Of a stretch of DNA of 64,000 bases, positions 53,310-64,000 are shown piece by piece. A program made the translations under genes and the position numbers. The stretch is from contig CM052816.1 of the NCBI GenBank assembly GCA_028534125.1, positions 11,534,001 to 11,598,000 on the forward strand, given 5' to 3'. The DNA comes from Lama glama. Its lineage: Eukaryota. The first letter of the stretch is position 1. Each line of letters begins with the position of its first letter. A model generated the notes under the pieces. The model was not told the origin of the DNA. It saw only the letters and a program-made list of their open reading frames with translations, and did not search any database.

Positions 53310-53469
53310 CTTAGAATCAGTTAAATTTACTTATTGTGGGTCAAGTAGACATCATTGACTATCCTGACTATCAGTTTGATCACGTACTTATTAGTCGGGT
53401 ATGACTAGAGATTCTATGCTCTGCAGTTTTTATAGTTAGAATGATGCATCCATATATTTTCTCTTCTTT

Positions 53470-53810
53470 CCCGCTTTATTGAAATGTAATTGGCATGTGA
53501 TATTGTGTAAGTTCAAGGTGTACAATGTAATGATTTGATATATGTACATATTGCAAAATAATTACCACCATAAGGTTAGTTAACACATCCATTACCTCAC
53601 ATAGTTACGGTTATTTTGTGTGTGGTGAGAACTTTTAAAATCTACTTTCGTTTTTTGTTTTATAAGGGGAGGTAGTTAGGTTTTTATTATTACTATTATT
53701 TATTTAATGGAGATACTGAGGATGGAACCCATGACCTCATGCATGCTAACCATATACTCTTCCACTGAGCTATACCCTCCCCCCTAAAATGTACTTTCTT
53801 AGCAACTTGA
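53470..53810 (-). mobile_element. Old L1 3' end with a nested tRNA-Ala SINE (53650-53784, - strand)
   Basis: L1 terminus TTCAAGGTGTACAATG...ACATCCATTACCTCACATAGTTAC. SINE TSD taaaat(c/g)tactttc at 53636 and 53785. Confidence 0.85.
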
Positions 53811-53975
53811 AATGAACATTCTTTAATTTGAATAAGGCTGTTACTTATATAAACTGTAAGTCTTCTTTTAACAAAACCTTTTGTTGTAACAGGCAATTAC
53901 TGAGTTACTGTGGATTTTTTTTGTGTGTGTTGATTCTAAGTGGAAATTACGCTGCTGGAAATTCCTGTAATTTAA

Positions 53976-54149
<174 letters not shown>

Positions 54150-54854
54150 TGAACCAACATTAATTTTAAGAAGCCATGGAGATTCCCATTGGATTCTTGA
54201 ACAAGGCTCATGAATAGACATAACAATGTTAGTAAACAAATATGTACAAATATAATTAGCTTCACTAATTATTATATAAATCCAAATCAAAGTAAAGCTA
54301 AAGTGCCATTTGTGGCCCATTAAGTTAAAAATATGCCAGTGAAGAATATGTTATAATATGGAGAAGATTTATTATCTAATGAAGAGAAATAATCTGAATG
54401 AATAATTATGTTTACAGTATATGCAATATGATGACAGCTACTTAATAAAAAAAGATAATAGTAGCTAATGTTTATTGACTGCTTACCATGTGCTACTCAC
54501 TAAAAAGAATTTTTAATCATTAGCTCATTTAATCCTCACAAGGCCTGTAAATAGCTGTTATTGCTGTCCTGATATGGATGGGGAACACACGGAGATCTGG
54601 AGCTCCTAGTTGTCCTTCATCGTGGCTTTCAGACTCTATACTTGTGGGAGCCTAGGCTTCCATGAATGCTATTCACAGGACACCTTGGAGTTCAGAGCTC
54701 CCGTATTACCCTGTTTTAAGTAGAACCGTTCTGTTTTTCATCTGTCTTACATAGCATTGCATATGAGGTTGATATATCCTATTTTCTTGCCTAGGAAAGT
54801 CCATTCCTTACGCACCTTTATATGCCTATTGCAGGTCTTCCAAAATGTTTTTAA

Positions 54855-54960
54855 TTAATTAATTGATTCATTAATTTTATTGAAGTGCAGTCAGTTACAG
54901 TATATCAATTTCTGGTGTTCAGCACAATGTCCCAGACTTGCATATACATACATATATTCA
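54855..54960 (-). mobile_element. Very short (about 105 nt) L1 3' insertion with 15-bp TSD
   Basis: Resembles the 3' end of the L1 at 14445. TSD ccaaaatgtttttaa at 54840-54854 and 54961-54975. Confidence 0.8.
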
Positions 54961-56111
54961 CCAAAATGTTTTTAAATTATTTTATTTTTTTGACATATGT
55001 AAAAATTATGTGATTGTCATTATTTTTGTTACTAATTGTGATGAGGAGCATAAGCAGTCATTTCCAGGGTTTACTCAGGACTGATGCATATGTTACCTGG
55101 TTTTGTTTTGTGGGACAGGCTTAACGGCTGGGCTAAAGAACTACTATTATGACCCAGAGACGTTACGAGTAATGGACCTTTGTTCTCGTTTGGCAGATCT
55201 AGGTTCAGGAATGAACCTGGACCACCGCGTGTTAGTCTGGGAAGCTGAGGGTGATGAATGAGTATTTGGTACTGTACTGTGCTACAAAGACAAACTGTCA
55301 AGATTAGTGATATGTTCCTGACCCTGGTGAGCGTGTAGTCAGACTGGCCTAGCCTGTTTAAACCTGGGCTTGAAGAGGGTAGTTGAGCTTCTGGAAGGTC
55401 TGATGCGACTGTTACTTACTCAGACATTATTCAGGATTTTCTGCTATCTTGCAAAATATGCATTTGTAAAAAACCTCATGTTCTGCAAGTTGCACTCGGA
55501 AAACAATAGGGCTGATGAGAAAAATAACTTTGCTGCCATGTCCCAGTTCTCCCTGGCTGTCGTACCTTGGGCAGCACTCAGTACTTTTACGAGGAAATGA
55601 GTGAAAAGGAGTTAGAATGCACAGCGAGATCCACAGTTGGTTTCTAATGACTGTTATCTGGAAATCATCGAGTGACTTTAAATTTTTGAAATGAGGAACC
55701 CAAATGATTCCTCGGAATTCCTACCTATTATGCTGAGAAGTAAGAATATATTCTTCCTGCTGGCGTTTGTCTTTCCTGACTTTAAAAAAAAAAGGCTTAG
55801 TTTAATTAGCTTTTCAATTTTAGAAACCACTCATATTTAAGTGTCTTTTTACCTTTTATCCAAGTGGTGTTTCCCAGTATCAGCCTGACTTCTGATAAAC
55901 CTTCAAAACTGAGCCTGCATAAATGGCTTCTGTGGAAGTCATCATTAGCATGCTGTAGGTGGCCCTTTTCACTTTAGAAACTTACCCCCTACCCCCGAGG
56001 CTCTTTAGTGGTGGTGTTATTGAATTGGTCATATGGACCCCTCCCTTAGACCCTAGCCAGGCTGAAGCCCCCTCCCTTGGCAGGGAATGTTCTTTTTCCT
56101 TTCGAATTCCC

Positions 56112-56535
56112 ATGGCCAGTAATGAAACCAATGCTGGGACTGAAACAGCAGAAGCTTTATTCAGTGGCCAGAGAATGGAGAAGTGGGAACTTAGTTCGCG
56201 CATCAACTTCTAGGGGTAAGGGATGATGAAGGCAAGGTTTTTAAGGTTAAAGTTAGTGAGGTAGGGAGAATGTGCATTGGTTTTCTGGGAAAAGGCAGGG
56301 TTCTTCCTGGAACTAGGATGCTGCCCTTTTTTCTTCCTTTTATGGTTGATACTACCACTCATGGCATGGGTGGGTGTGGCATTTAGCATGCCAGTGTGTT
56401 ACAGTGGGTGTATAATGAAGCTCAGCATCTACTGGATGGCAGATCTTCTACCATCTTGGATTTGGCTATTTCTAACCAATTCTGGTGGCCTCTTGTTTTT
56501 CGCTTCTGGTGGTTTCCTATAAGACAAAGATAACA
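56112..56535 (-). mobile_element. ERV-type solo LTR (family uncertain)
   Basis: Ends ...AAAGATAACA. TTTATT (reverse poly-A signal) at about 56156 and CCATCTTGG motif. Confidence 0.55.
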
Positions 56536-57279
56536 CTTTCCAGCAGTTTAAGTTCCTTCAAGGAAGAGGGAGGGTTAGAGATAGAGGCTAACAGCCATGG
56601 TAACAGTGGTAAAGGTGGGATCTGATATCTGTTTTTCTTCCAGAAGAAGAAAAACTAGGTGCTCACAAAGTTTATATCTCTGTGTGTATAAATTAAAACC
56701 GTGCCGTAGATATGGACCCCCACATCCATATCTAGCGAGGTTGCTTTGGTTTTTGTGCCTCTGGGGTCTTGTTCAGTTGCTTTTCTCTCTTCTCTTTGGG
56801 GGCCTTGCAATTTGAGGACGTTAACTAGACTTACTCTGATGATCATTTCACAATATATACAAATATGGAATCATTATGTTGCATACCTGAAACTGATAGA
56901 ATGTTCTGTGTCTGTTGTACCTTGGGAAAAACACATCCATGTGGAGATGATGTTGGGACTGGTGTGGTTGGTGACATAAGAAAGGATTAAACAGAAAATG
57001 TCACTCATTAGTTGGAAAGTTCTGGGAATCATGGAGTCTCAGAGTGGAACTGACCTTCCCTTCCTGGGCTGCTGATCACATCCAGAGTCAAGCGTTGCCC
57101 ACAGGACTTTCTGACTCATAGTCTTGGGGGCACAAGAGAGGACAAGCTCCCGCACACGTGATGATCTGCAGTTTTGGGGAGCAGAGACTTAGACAAGAGG
57201 AAGCATGAGTTCCCATGATGTTATTTGACTTGCCAAAATCGTTAGTCAAGAAGCAGAAGTAAAACTACAGCACGTTATA

Positions 57280-57786
57280 TAAGACATACCATTTTAACCA
57301 TTTCTGAGTGTGCAGCTCATTGCAACCATCATCGCCATTTGTCTCCAGAATCTTAACAAATTCTGTAGCCGTCAAACAGTCACTCCCCATTCCTGTCTCA
57401 TCCCAGCTGCTGGGAACCACCACTCCATTTTTTTGTCTCTATGAATTTCACTACTTTAGAAACTTCATGTAAGTGAAATTATACAATATTTGTGCTCTTG
57501 TGTCTGGCCTATTTCAGTTAGCAAAATGGTTTTAAGGTTCACCCATGTGGTAGCATATGTCAGAATTCCCTTTCTTTTTAAGGTGAGTAGTATTCTATTG
57601 TATATACGTACCACGTTTTGTTTATCTCTTCACCCATCAGTGGATACTTGGGTTGCTTCTGCCTTTTGGCTCTTGTGGATAATGCCGCCGTGAACACAGG
57701 TGTTTGAACATCTGTTCACATCTCAGCTTCCAGTTCTTTAGGTGGATTATTTGGTAATTATATGTTTAATTTTTTGAGAAACTGCT
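57280..57786 (-). mobile_element. Old L1 (L1MB-type) 3' fragment
   Basis: CATGTGGTAGCATATGTCAGAATTCCCTTTCTTTTTAAGG...GTTTAATTTTTTGAGAAACTGC. Similar to the reverse complement of the 941-1440 element. Confidence 0.82.
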
Positions 57787-59335
57787 TGAAAGTTTGCTTT
57801 TGAGATAGCTATCTGTCTTTGTCCATGATAGCAGTGGATTGTACCATTACTGTGGATTTTTCTCAAGTCTGTGCAGAAGAGCGAGTGTTCCATATACTAC
57901 ACTCTCGGCCCATCACACTAGCGAACATGCCATACAGGTCTTTTCCTCAGTCTGCGGGGTGCTCACCATCTCTTGACTGTGCCATAGTCTCTGCCTCTTT
58001 GCCCTGATTTCATGTTCTAGTGGAGAGTTTTGACCCGCGATGGCCAACAGAAGATGGGTTGAGAGTGTTTAAAAAAAAGCATCCTGGACAAGTAGTATGC
58101 TGGATGCCAAATGCATGTTTTAACATGCCTCCGGGTAAGCAAGCGTGTTCAAAAAACTGATTAAGGAAACAGGAAGATTTGAAGGAAAAGAGGGATTGAT
58201 GAAGTCTGGGACACGTGAAAGAATTCATACACATTTCTGCAGCAACAGCCAAATCCAACCTCAGGGCTCCTCAGAGCAGGAAACAGGGGCACCAGGACGT
58301 TCCCCGGGGCAGACGTGGCTCTGCAGGTGCTCCCCAGGTTGGGGACGGTATTCATTATGGCAGCGGTGCTCCATCTTTTCTCCATTGTCCAGCCAAGGAT
58401 GCTTTGTAGACATTTTCTCCCTAATTGCCACCCCCCAAAACATTTTAATACCATAGATGTACCAATTATCTGTTTATATCCTGTATTATATCTTTGCTTT
58501 ATACGTAAAAAGCATAAGCTTTTTTTTACTCTCAAGAACAAATTGTCCCCATTGAGAAGGCGTGTTTTATGCTGCACTGGGTGTAACTGTCTTTTGGAGT
58601 TTTTGCTCCTGTCTCTCCAAATCAAAATGAAACAATCACCAGTTCTCCCCGACTGCCACCCCTCCAGCCTCTAACCCCTCCCCAGTATTCCAAACAGAAA
58701 CCAAAAGAACTCTGCTTAACTCCCACATAGTGCTTGTAAATCCCACATTTTACTTTTCTGGGAGAGGCGCAGGAGATGATATGTGTGGTAACAATCTTGT
58801 CATGCAAGTGTTCTTTTTTAGCCGAGTTGTCTGAGTACTTCGGGATGGCTACAAATGCTGCAGAAATGCAGGGCCCTTGTTATGCCCTCGCATAGAGGGT
58901 TTTTTTGCTTTTTTGTTTTTTTTAAGTTTCTGAAATACATTTTCAGTGTGTGATAAAATAATTTGTTATTTCAGCCACTCTCTTGGCAAGGCCCCATTAT
59001 TAGTTCCATCATTATTCTTATTGTGTTGATCATGAGGCTGAAGCAGAGAGAGATTGAATTCAACAGCATGTGAAATATTTGTCACTGAAACAATGTGGGC
59101 AAGTCAGACAATTTGTGCATCACTTTGGAGAAAGTCTGGCCTAGACATGTTACAGGTAAAGAGATCTGAACATGCTGCTTCCTTAGGGTATGTGCTTATT
59201 TGAGCCTTACAAAATCCATTTTAATAGTGGAAGATAATTCTCTGAGACAGAAGATACTGTTCTTGTATATATGCTTGTACATACATATATGTATGTTGTG
59301 TGTGTGTATATATTGTTTATATATACACTCTGCAC

Positions 59336-59341
<6 letters not shown>

Positions 59342-59384
<43 letters not shown>

Positions 59385-59396
59385 ATATATATATAC
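59342..59396 (+). repeat. (TG)n/(TA)n compound microsatellite
   Basis: Direct reading. Confidence 0.95.
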
Positions 59397-59505
59397 ACCT
59401 TACTGAAATACTATATATGTCGGCCAAATAGGCATTTGAACATGCTTACTGTGATACAAATCAGCATTTGAAATACCTGTTTGTTGCATCATTTGAAAAA
59501 CTAAC

Positions 59506-60020
59506 TGTATTAGTTATCTATTGCTGTGTAACAAATGACTCCAACACTCTACAGCTTACAACTGCACACATTTATTATCTCTCGTGTCTGTGGGTCAGAA
59601 GTCTGGCATGGCTTGGTTGGGTGCTTAGCTTCGTGGTCTCACAAGGACATAATCCAGGTGTTAGCTGGGGCTGTGATCTCATCTAAAGTCTAGATGGAGA
59701 GGATTCAGTTCCAAGCACTCACATGGTTGCTGGTGGGATTCTGTCGGCCTCCCTGGGTTCCTTGCCACACAGGCCTCTCAGTGCAGCATCCCCCAACATG
59801 ACAGCATGCAAGAGAGAGGGAAGGAGGGTGCTAACAAGGCAAAAGCTGTAGTTTTTTATTTCCTAATCACAGAAGTGCCATCCCTTTATTTTTCTATATT
59901 CTGTTCATTAGGAGCAAGTCACTAGATATAGCCTGCAGTCAAGGGAAGGGGATTACACAGGGGCCTAAATACCAAGAGGTAGGGAGCACTGGCGGCAGTG
60001 TCTGCACTGCCTGCCATACT
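59506..60020 (-). mobile_element. MaLR (MLT1-type) solo LTR
   Basis: TGTATTAGTTATCTATTGCTGTGTAACAAAT ... GGGGATTACACAGGG...CTGCCTGCCATA. Confidence 0.82.
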
Positions 60021-63000
60021 GACCTAAGCAGATTGACATGCCAAGTTGTATGCACAACTGTTAAGGTCTTTTTGGTATGTATTGCGAAAGGTTGATAATG
60101 AGAGGTTGCTGAGGGGCACCCGCACCCTCACAACTTCACTACCAGCGTATAAAAATTTCTGCAACACATACAGATGTTTTGTTCATCATTTACAAATAGG
60201 CCCAAAATAGCTTACCTGTTCTGTAGATTTAATTAAATCTATGTCCTTCTGGGTGCTCTGACCACAAATTGCATGAACAGTTCGCTGAAGGCAGACCTGA
60301 TGATATTCCAAGGGCAAGATTCAGCTGTTGTACAGAAAACATCAGTCAGAATCTTCTCATCTGGGGGCTGGCCACAGGACCACATAGACATAAACTAGGG
60401 TGCCATCCCTAACGTTGGCAGGTGAGAGCCTTGCTAAATAGTCTTAAATCCTCATGGTGCAAGGATGAGAGTCCCTCTAGAATTTTGAGCTAATCCCCAT
60501 ATCTTAAGTTCCACTCAGTAAATTAATGAGGGCCCGTTTCTAACATCCACTGTGCTAGTTAGCAAGCCACCAATTTTACCAGTGAAAATGCACAGTTTTA
60601 ACATTCCTTTTGCTAATTACCAAAGCCTCTGGTGGTTTCAAGGGTGAAGATAGCCGACGTTCTGGAGAGTGAGACTGCTGATTAGAACGCTCATAGCCAG
60701 CCCCTGGGGTGTGAAGGGGCTGTATTAGGGCAGCTGACTACCTGGTGCATAATTAACACAGGCACCATACTATGGTGCTGCACGCGGTGAAGTATTTTGA
60801 AGCAAACTGTAGACATCCTAATAACCGTATACCAAATACCAACTCCTGAACCAAAAGCCTAGTACGTTCTGTCTTTAGAAAGATGATTCAGTGTGAGACA
60901 AGGACTTGGCTGTGTGTTTATTGAATGTGAAGTTTTAGAGAAGCACCCTTTGGTGCATGATCTGGTTTTCTCACTGCCCAGATGTCGCATTTCACATCTT
61001 GGACCCTCAATTTTCTCATCTCTAAAATGGAGAGATGATAGTCCTACTTCACAGGATTATTTTAAGGATTAAGGGAGGGCATACATATGAAACATGCCTG
61101 GCACATAGAGAAACTTAAATAATTAGAAGCATGAAGAGAAATTCTCTATACAAAGTATACTTTTATAAGTAAATAGCCTTTTAAATACTTATCCAGGCAA
61201 AAATTTAGGTAGCCACACTGTAGGTAAGGTTTTGTTGTTTCTTTAAAAATTATTCTATCATTTTTTAAATCCATAAATTTAATACTCACTGTATCCACAT
61301 TTAATCCTTCCACATGTCTTTGTGTATATTTACCTGTGTATGTATATGTATGTTTTTTAAAAAACAAAATTAGGATTATTCTGTTTATTTAGTTTAACTT
61401 TGTCACTTATGGACACACTTATGGAACATTTTTTCTGTGTCATTTATATATTCTTGAAAACATGATTTTTGATGCCTTCATAATATTCCAATGGCATGAT
61501 AGCTCTCTCTTGTTGGTTTCTGTTTTTTTCACTGCTATAAATAATAACTGGTGAATCCATGAGTATAAATACTTGTGTATATTTCTGGTCACTTCCTAGG
61601 CTAAAGAGTATGCACATTTTTAAAGATCTTTGCATATCATCAAATTTCCTCCCAAAAGAATTCTACCCATTTGTAGCTGGCCCCAAGACTTGGTTCTGCA
61701 TATTCTCAGTTTTCTTGCTCTATTACTTGAATGAATGACTTTTAACCCCTTAGAACTTCCACTTGTCATTGGGAAAGCAGAGCTGATTACTCTACTTTTG
61801 TGGGATTGTTGCGAAGAAATGAAGTTTGTTAGCTCCAGTCTTCTGATTCTTACTCCAAAGACGGTGAAAGTTAATACTTCTGTCGTTAACTAGTTTGTGT
61901 GACCTCAGGCCTCCTCCAAGCTTATTTGTGTTACTTTGGCCTGGCTGCTCACTTCCTTATCTGTGACTTCAGTGTCTTGTGTACACACACGCATGGTAGT
62001 CACAACCCTAGAAAAGAGTGGATGTTTCAAAACCCAACAATAATTCCAAGATAGAGGAAAATAGCAAATAAAACTGTTATTTGAAATAATAAAGTCACAA
62101 AAATACAACATAAGAAGACCAGTAGAATATTCTGCTGACTATATGTTGGAGACATATTTCCTGCTTGGTATGTGAATTCTTTGCATTACTTGCATCTCTT
62201 GAAGCACTGATGAAATATGTTCTGTCCCTCCAGTTCCACAGGGTTTATTTCCCAGCTTTCAATTTAAACCTGTTGATAATACTTTTTAATCCCACCCTTG
62301 AGTGCTCAGATAGATTGATTTACTTGATATTTATTCATTAGATGCTGTGAGAATGTTACCAGGATTCTGGTTTTTAACCACTTATTTCTAGACCAGTTAA
62401 ATGATAGTAGCTGCCCTCTTTTTTCACGTCTCCCTCCCCATCAGCTCATCTCAGCTGCTCTTATCTCTTAGAGTTTTAGTCCTGAAAAATGTAACCTTTG
62501 CAGTTACATCTTAGTGAAAATGAGTGTTCTACAAGTGATACGGTTTTTGTTCCTACCACTGAGTTTAAATCGATGCCTTTACCTTGACTGTGAGACTTGG
62601 GAATCCAGAAATACCTCGGTGGCTCATTTGAATTCATCAGGGTTGCAACAGATGACTCATTGGTAAAGCTTCGGGGAATCCCTTAAACCAGCCAGCTGAA
62701 GTTCTGGGGTATTACTTTCTATGAAGCTAGATGACACCTGGGAAGTAAAGCTCTTTCCTGAAACAGCAGAAGGTGCTTTCCTGAGGTCGGAAGGTGTGGA
62801 TGTCATTATTTGCGTAGTGATGAGAAATCATGTCTCTGCATAGTGCGGTGTGGAGTGCAAAGGCCAGGAATCCGGAAATCTGGGCTCTGGCCCTGCCATC
62901 CTCCTGGCCATGTTGCTTGGACTAGTTCCCTGGAACTTCACTATCATTTTTGTAACGTTAGTCATTGGGCTAGGAGGTCATTTTCAATTCTGAGGTTGTG

Positions 63001-63463
63001 TGATTTTTTTTTTTTTTAGCTCTCCTTCCTTTTCCCCAATGTGTAAATACCAGGATTTTTTTTTCAAGATTTTAAAATTTGTCTGGCAGCCTGCACAAAA
63101 ATTCAGAAGTTGAAGCTAAGTGGGGATCCAAGAACATAAGAGATAATTCATGTTAACAAGTAGATGGTCGAGTTGAGGTGGTGGCAATAAAATATTTTAA
63201 AATAAGACATATACTTAAAAAGGTACTAATTGGCAAGAAGGGGTGGTAAGCATGTGGTAGGGATGGTACAGTTTCATTTTATAATCATATTCACATGAGC
63301 TAAGTATACTGCATATTACAAAGATTTGTAAGTCTTGTAGGTGTCTTTGAGCTTTGGTGCCAGTAATAGATATGTTGGCTTATTTTCAGCCCATGCCTTC
63401 TGTAAACACAGACTGTTCTGGACCATTTGGAGAAAGCCAGCTACAACAGTAATAGCAGTAGCT

Positions 63464-63621
63464 GGGGAGGAGATAGCTCAAATGGTAAAGCGCATGCTTA
63501 GCATGCATGAGGTCCTGGGTTCTATCCCCAGCACCTCTTCTAAAAAATACGTAAGCCTAATTACCTTCCCCCCGGGGGGAGAAAAAAACACATTAAAAAA
63601 AGAAACAAAAAATTAAAAAAA
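63464..63621 (+). mobile_element. tRNA-Ala-derived SINE with perfect 13-bp TSD
   Basis: TSD aatagcagtagct at 63451-63463 and 63622-63634. Head TAGCTCAAATGGTAAAGCGCATGCTTAGCATGCA. Confidence 0.93.
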
Positions 63622-64000
63622 AATAGCAGTAGCTATAATTTCTTGAGTGTTTACCAGGAGCCAAGCTCAGCTCTGTTTTATGAATATTGAGTTCTCCCAA
63701 TAACCCTCTGAAAGAGAGATGCTGTTGTCAGTCTTCCATTTTACAGATGAGGAAACGGAGGCACACGGAGGTTGAATCACTGGCCCAGTGTCATCACCTG
63801 CTGCTGCTGAGCAGCAGAGCTTGATACTCACATGACCCAAAAGTAGACACTTGTGCTTGAAGTGTGCACTATGCTACTTGCTTTCCTAGTGCTCTTTTAT
63901 GCTCATGCCCAGCCGGAATCGTGGGAGATTTGGGATCCGTGTCTCCCCACTGTCCTGGATGGAATTTCCAACTCATCTATTACTTTTCTGAGCCTGTTCT

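Noticed and set aside
59050..59110. GAAACAATGTGGG resembling the EQCG motif of the last PRELID2 exon
   Set aside because: The surrounding sequence does not encode GIRIMEMLLK...APLAE. The terminal exon is probably downstream of the window.

Overview
This window is mammalian genomic DNA, not prokaryotic. It is most likely camelid (alpaca or camel), inferred from about 10 tRNA-Ala(AGC)-derived SINEs that resemble the Tylopoda Vic-1 family. Two spliced genes lie in tandem on the + strand. The first is the 3' part of GRXCR2: coding exons at 4762-4983 and 10542-10724, with exon 1 upstream of the window. The second is the 5' part of PRELID2: a CpG-island promoter at about 32.2-33.1 kb and coding exons at 32586-32660, 44320-44377, 46436-46509, 48218-(gap) and 54026-54131; its last coding exon was not found in the window. 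Two 500-N assembly gaps occur at 21449-21948 and 48247-48746, and the second cuts a PRELID2 exon. The remainder is intronic or intergenic sequence rich in SINE, L1, L2, MIR, LTR and DNA-transposon remnants. I found no convincing novel multi-gene system. The most interesting signals concern PRELID2 RNA processing: a remodelled cassette microexon, a candidate poison exon, inverted SINEs bracketing exons and a possible non-AUG extension. A micro-inversion palindrome in GRXCR2 intron 2 is also notable. Gene identities and repeat family names come from recall of the human proteins and repeat consensi, not from database searches.
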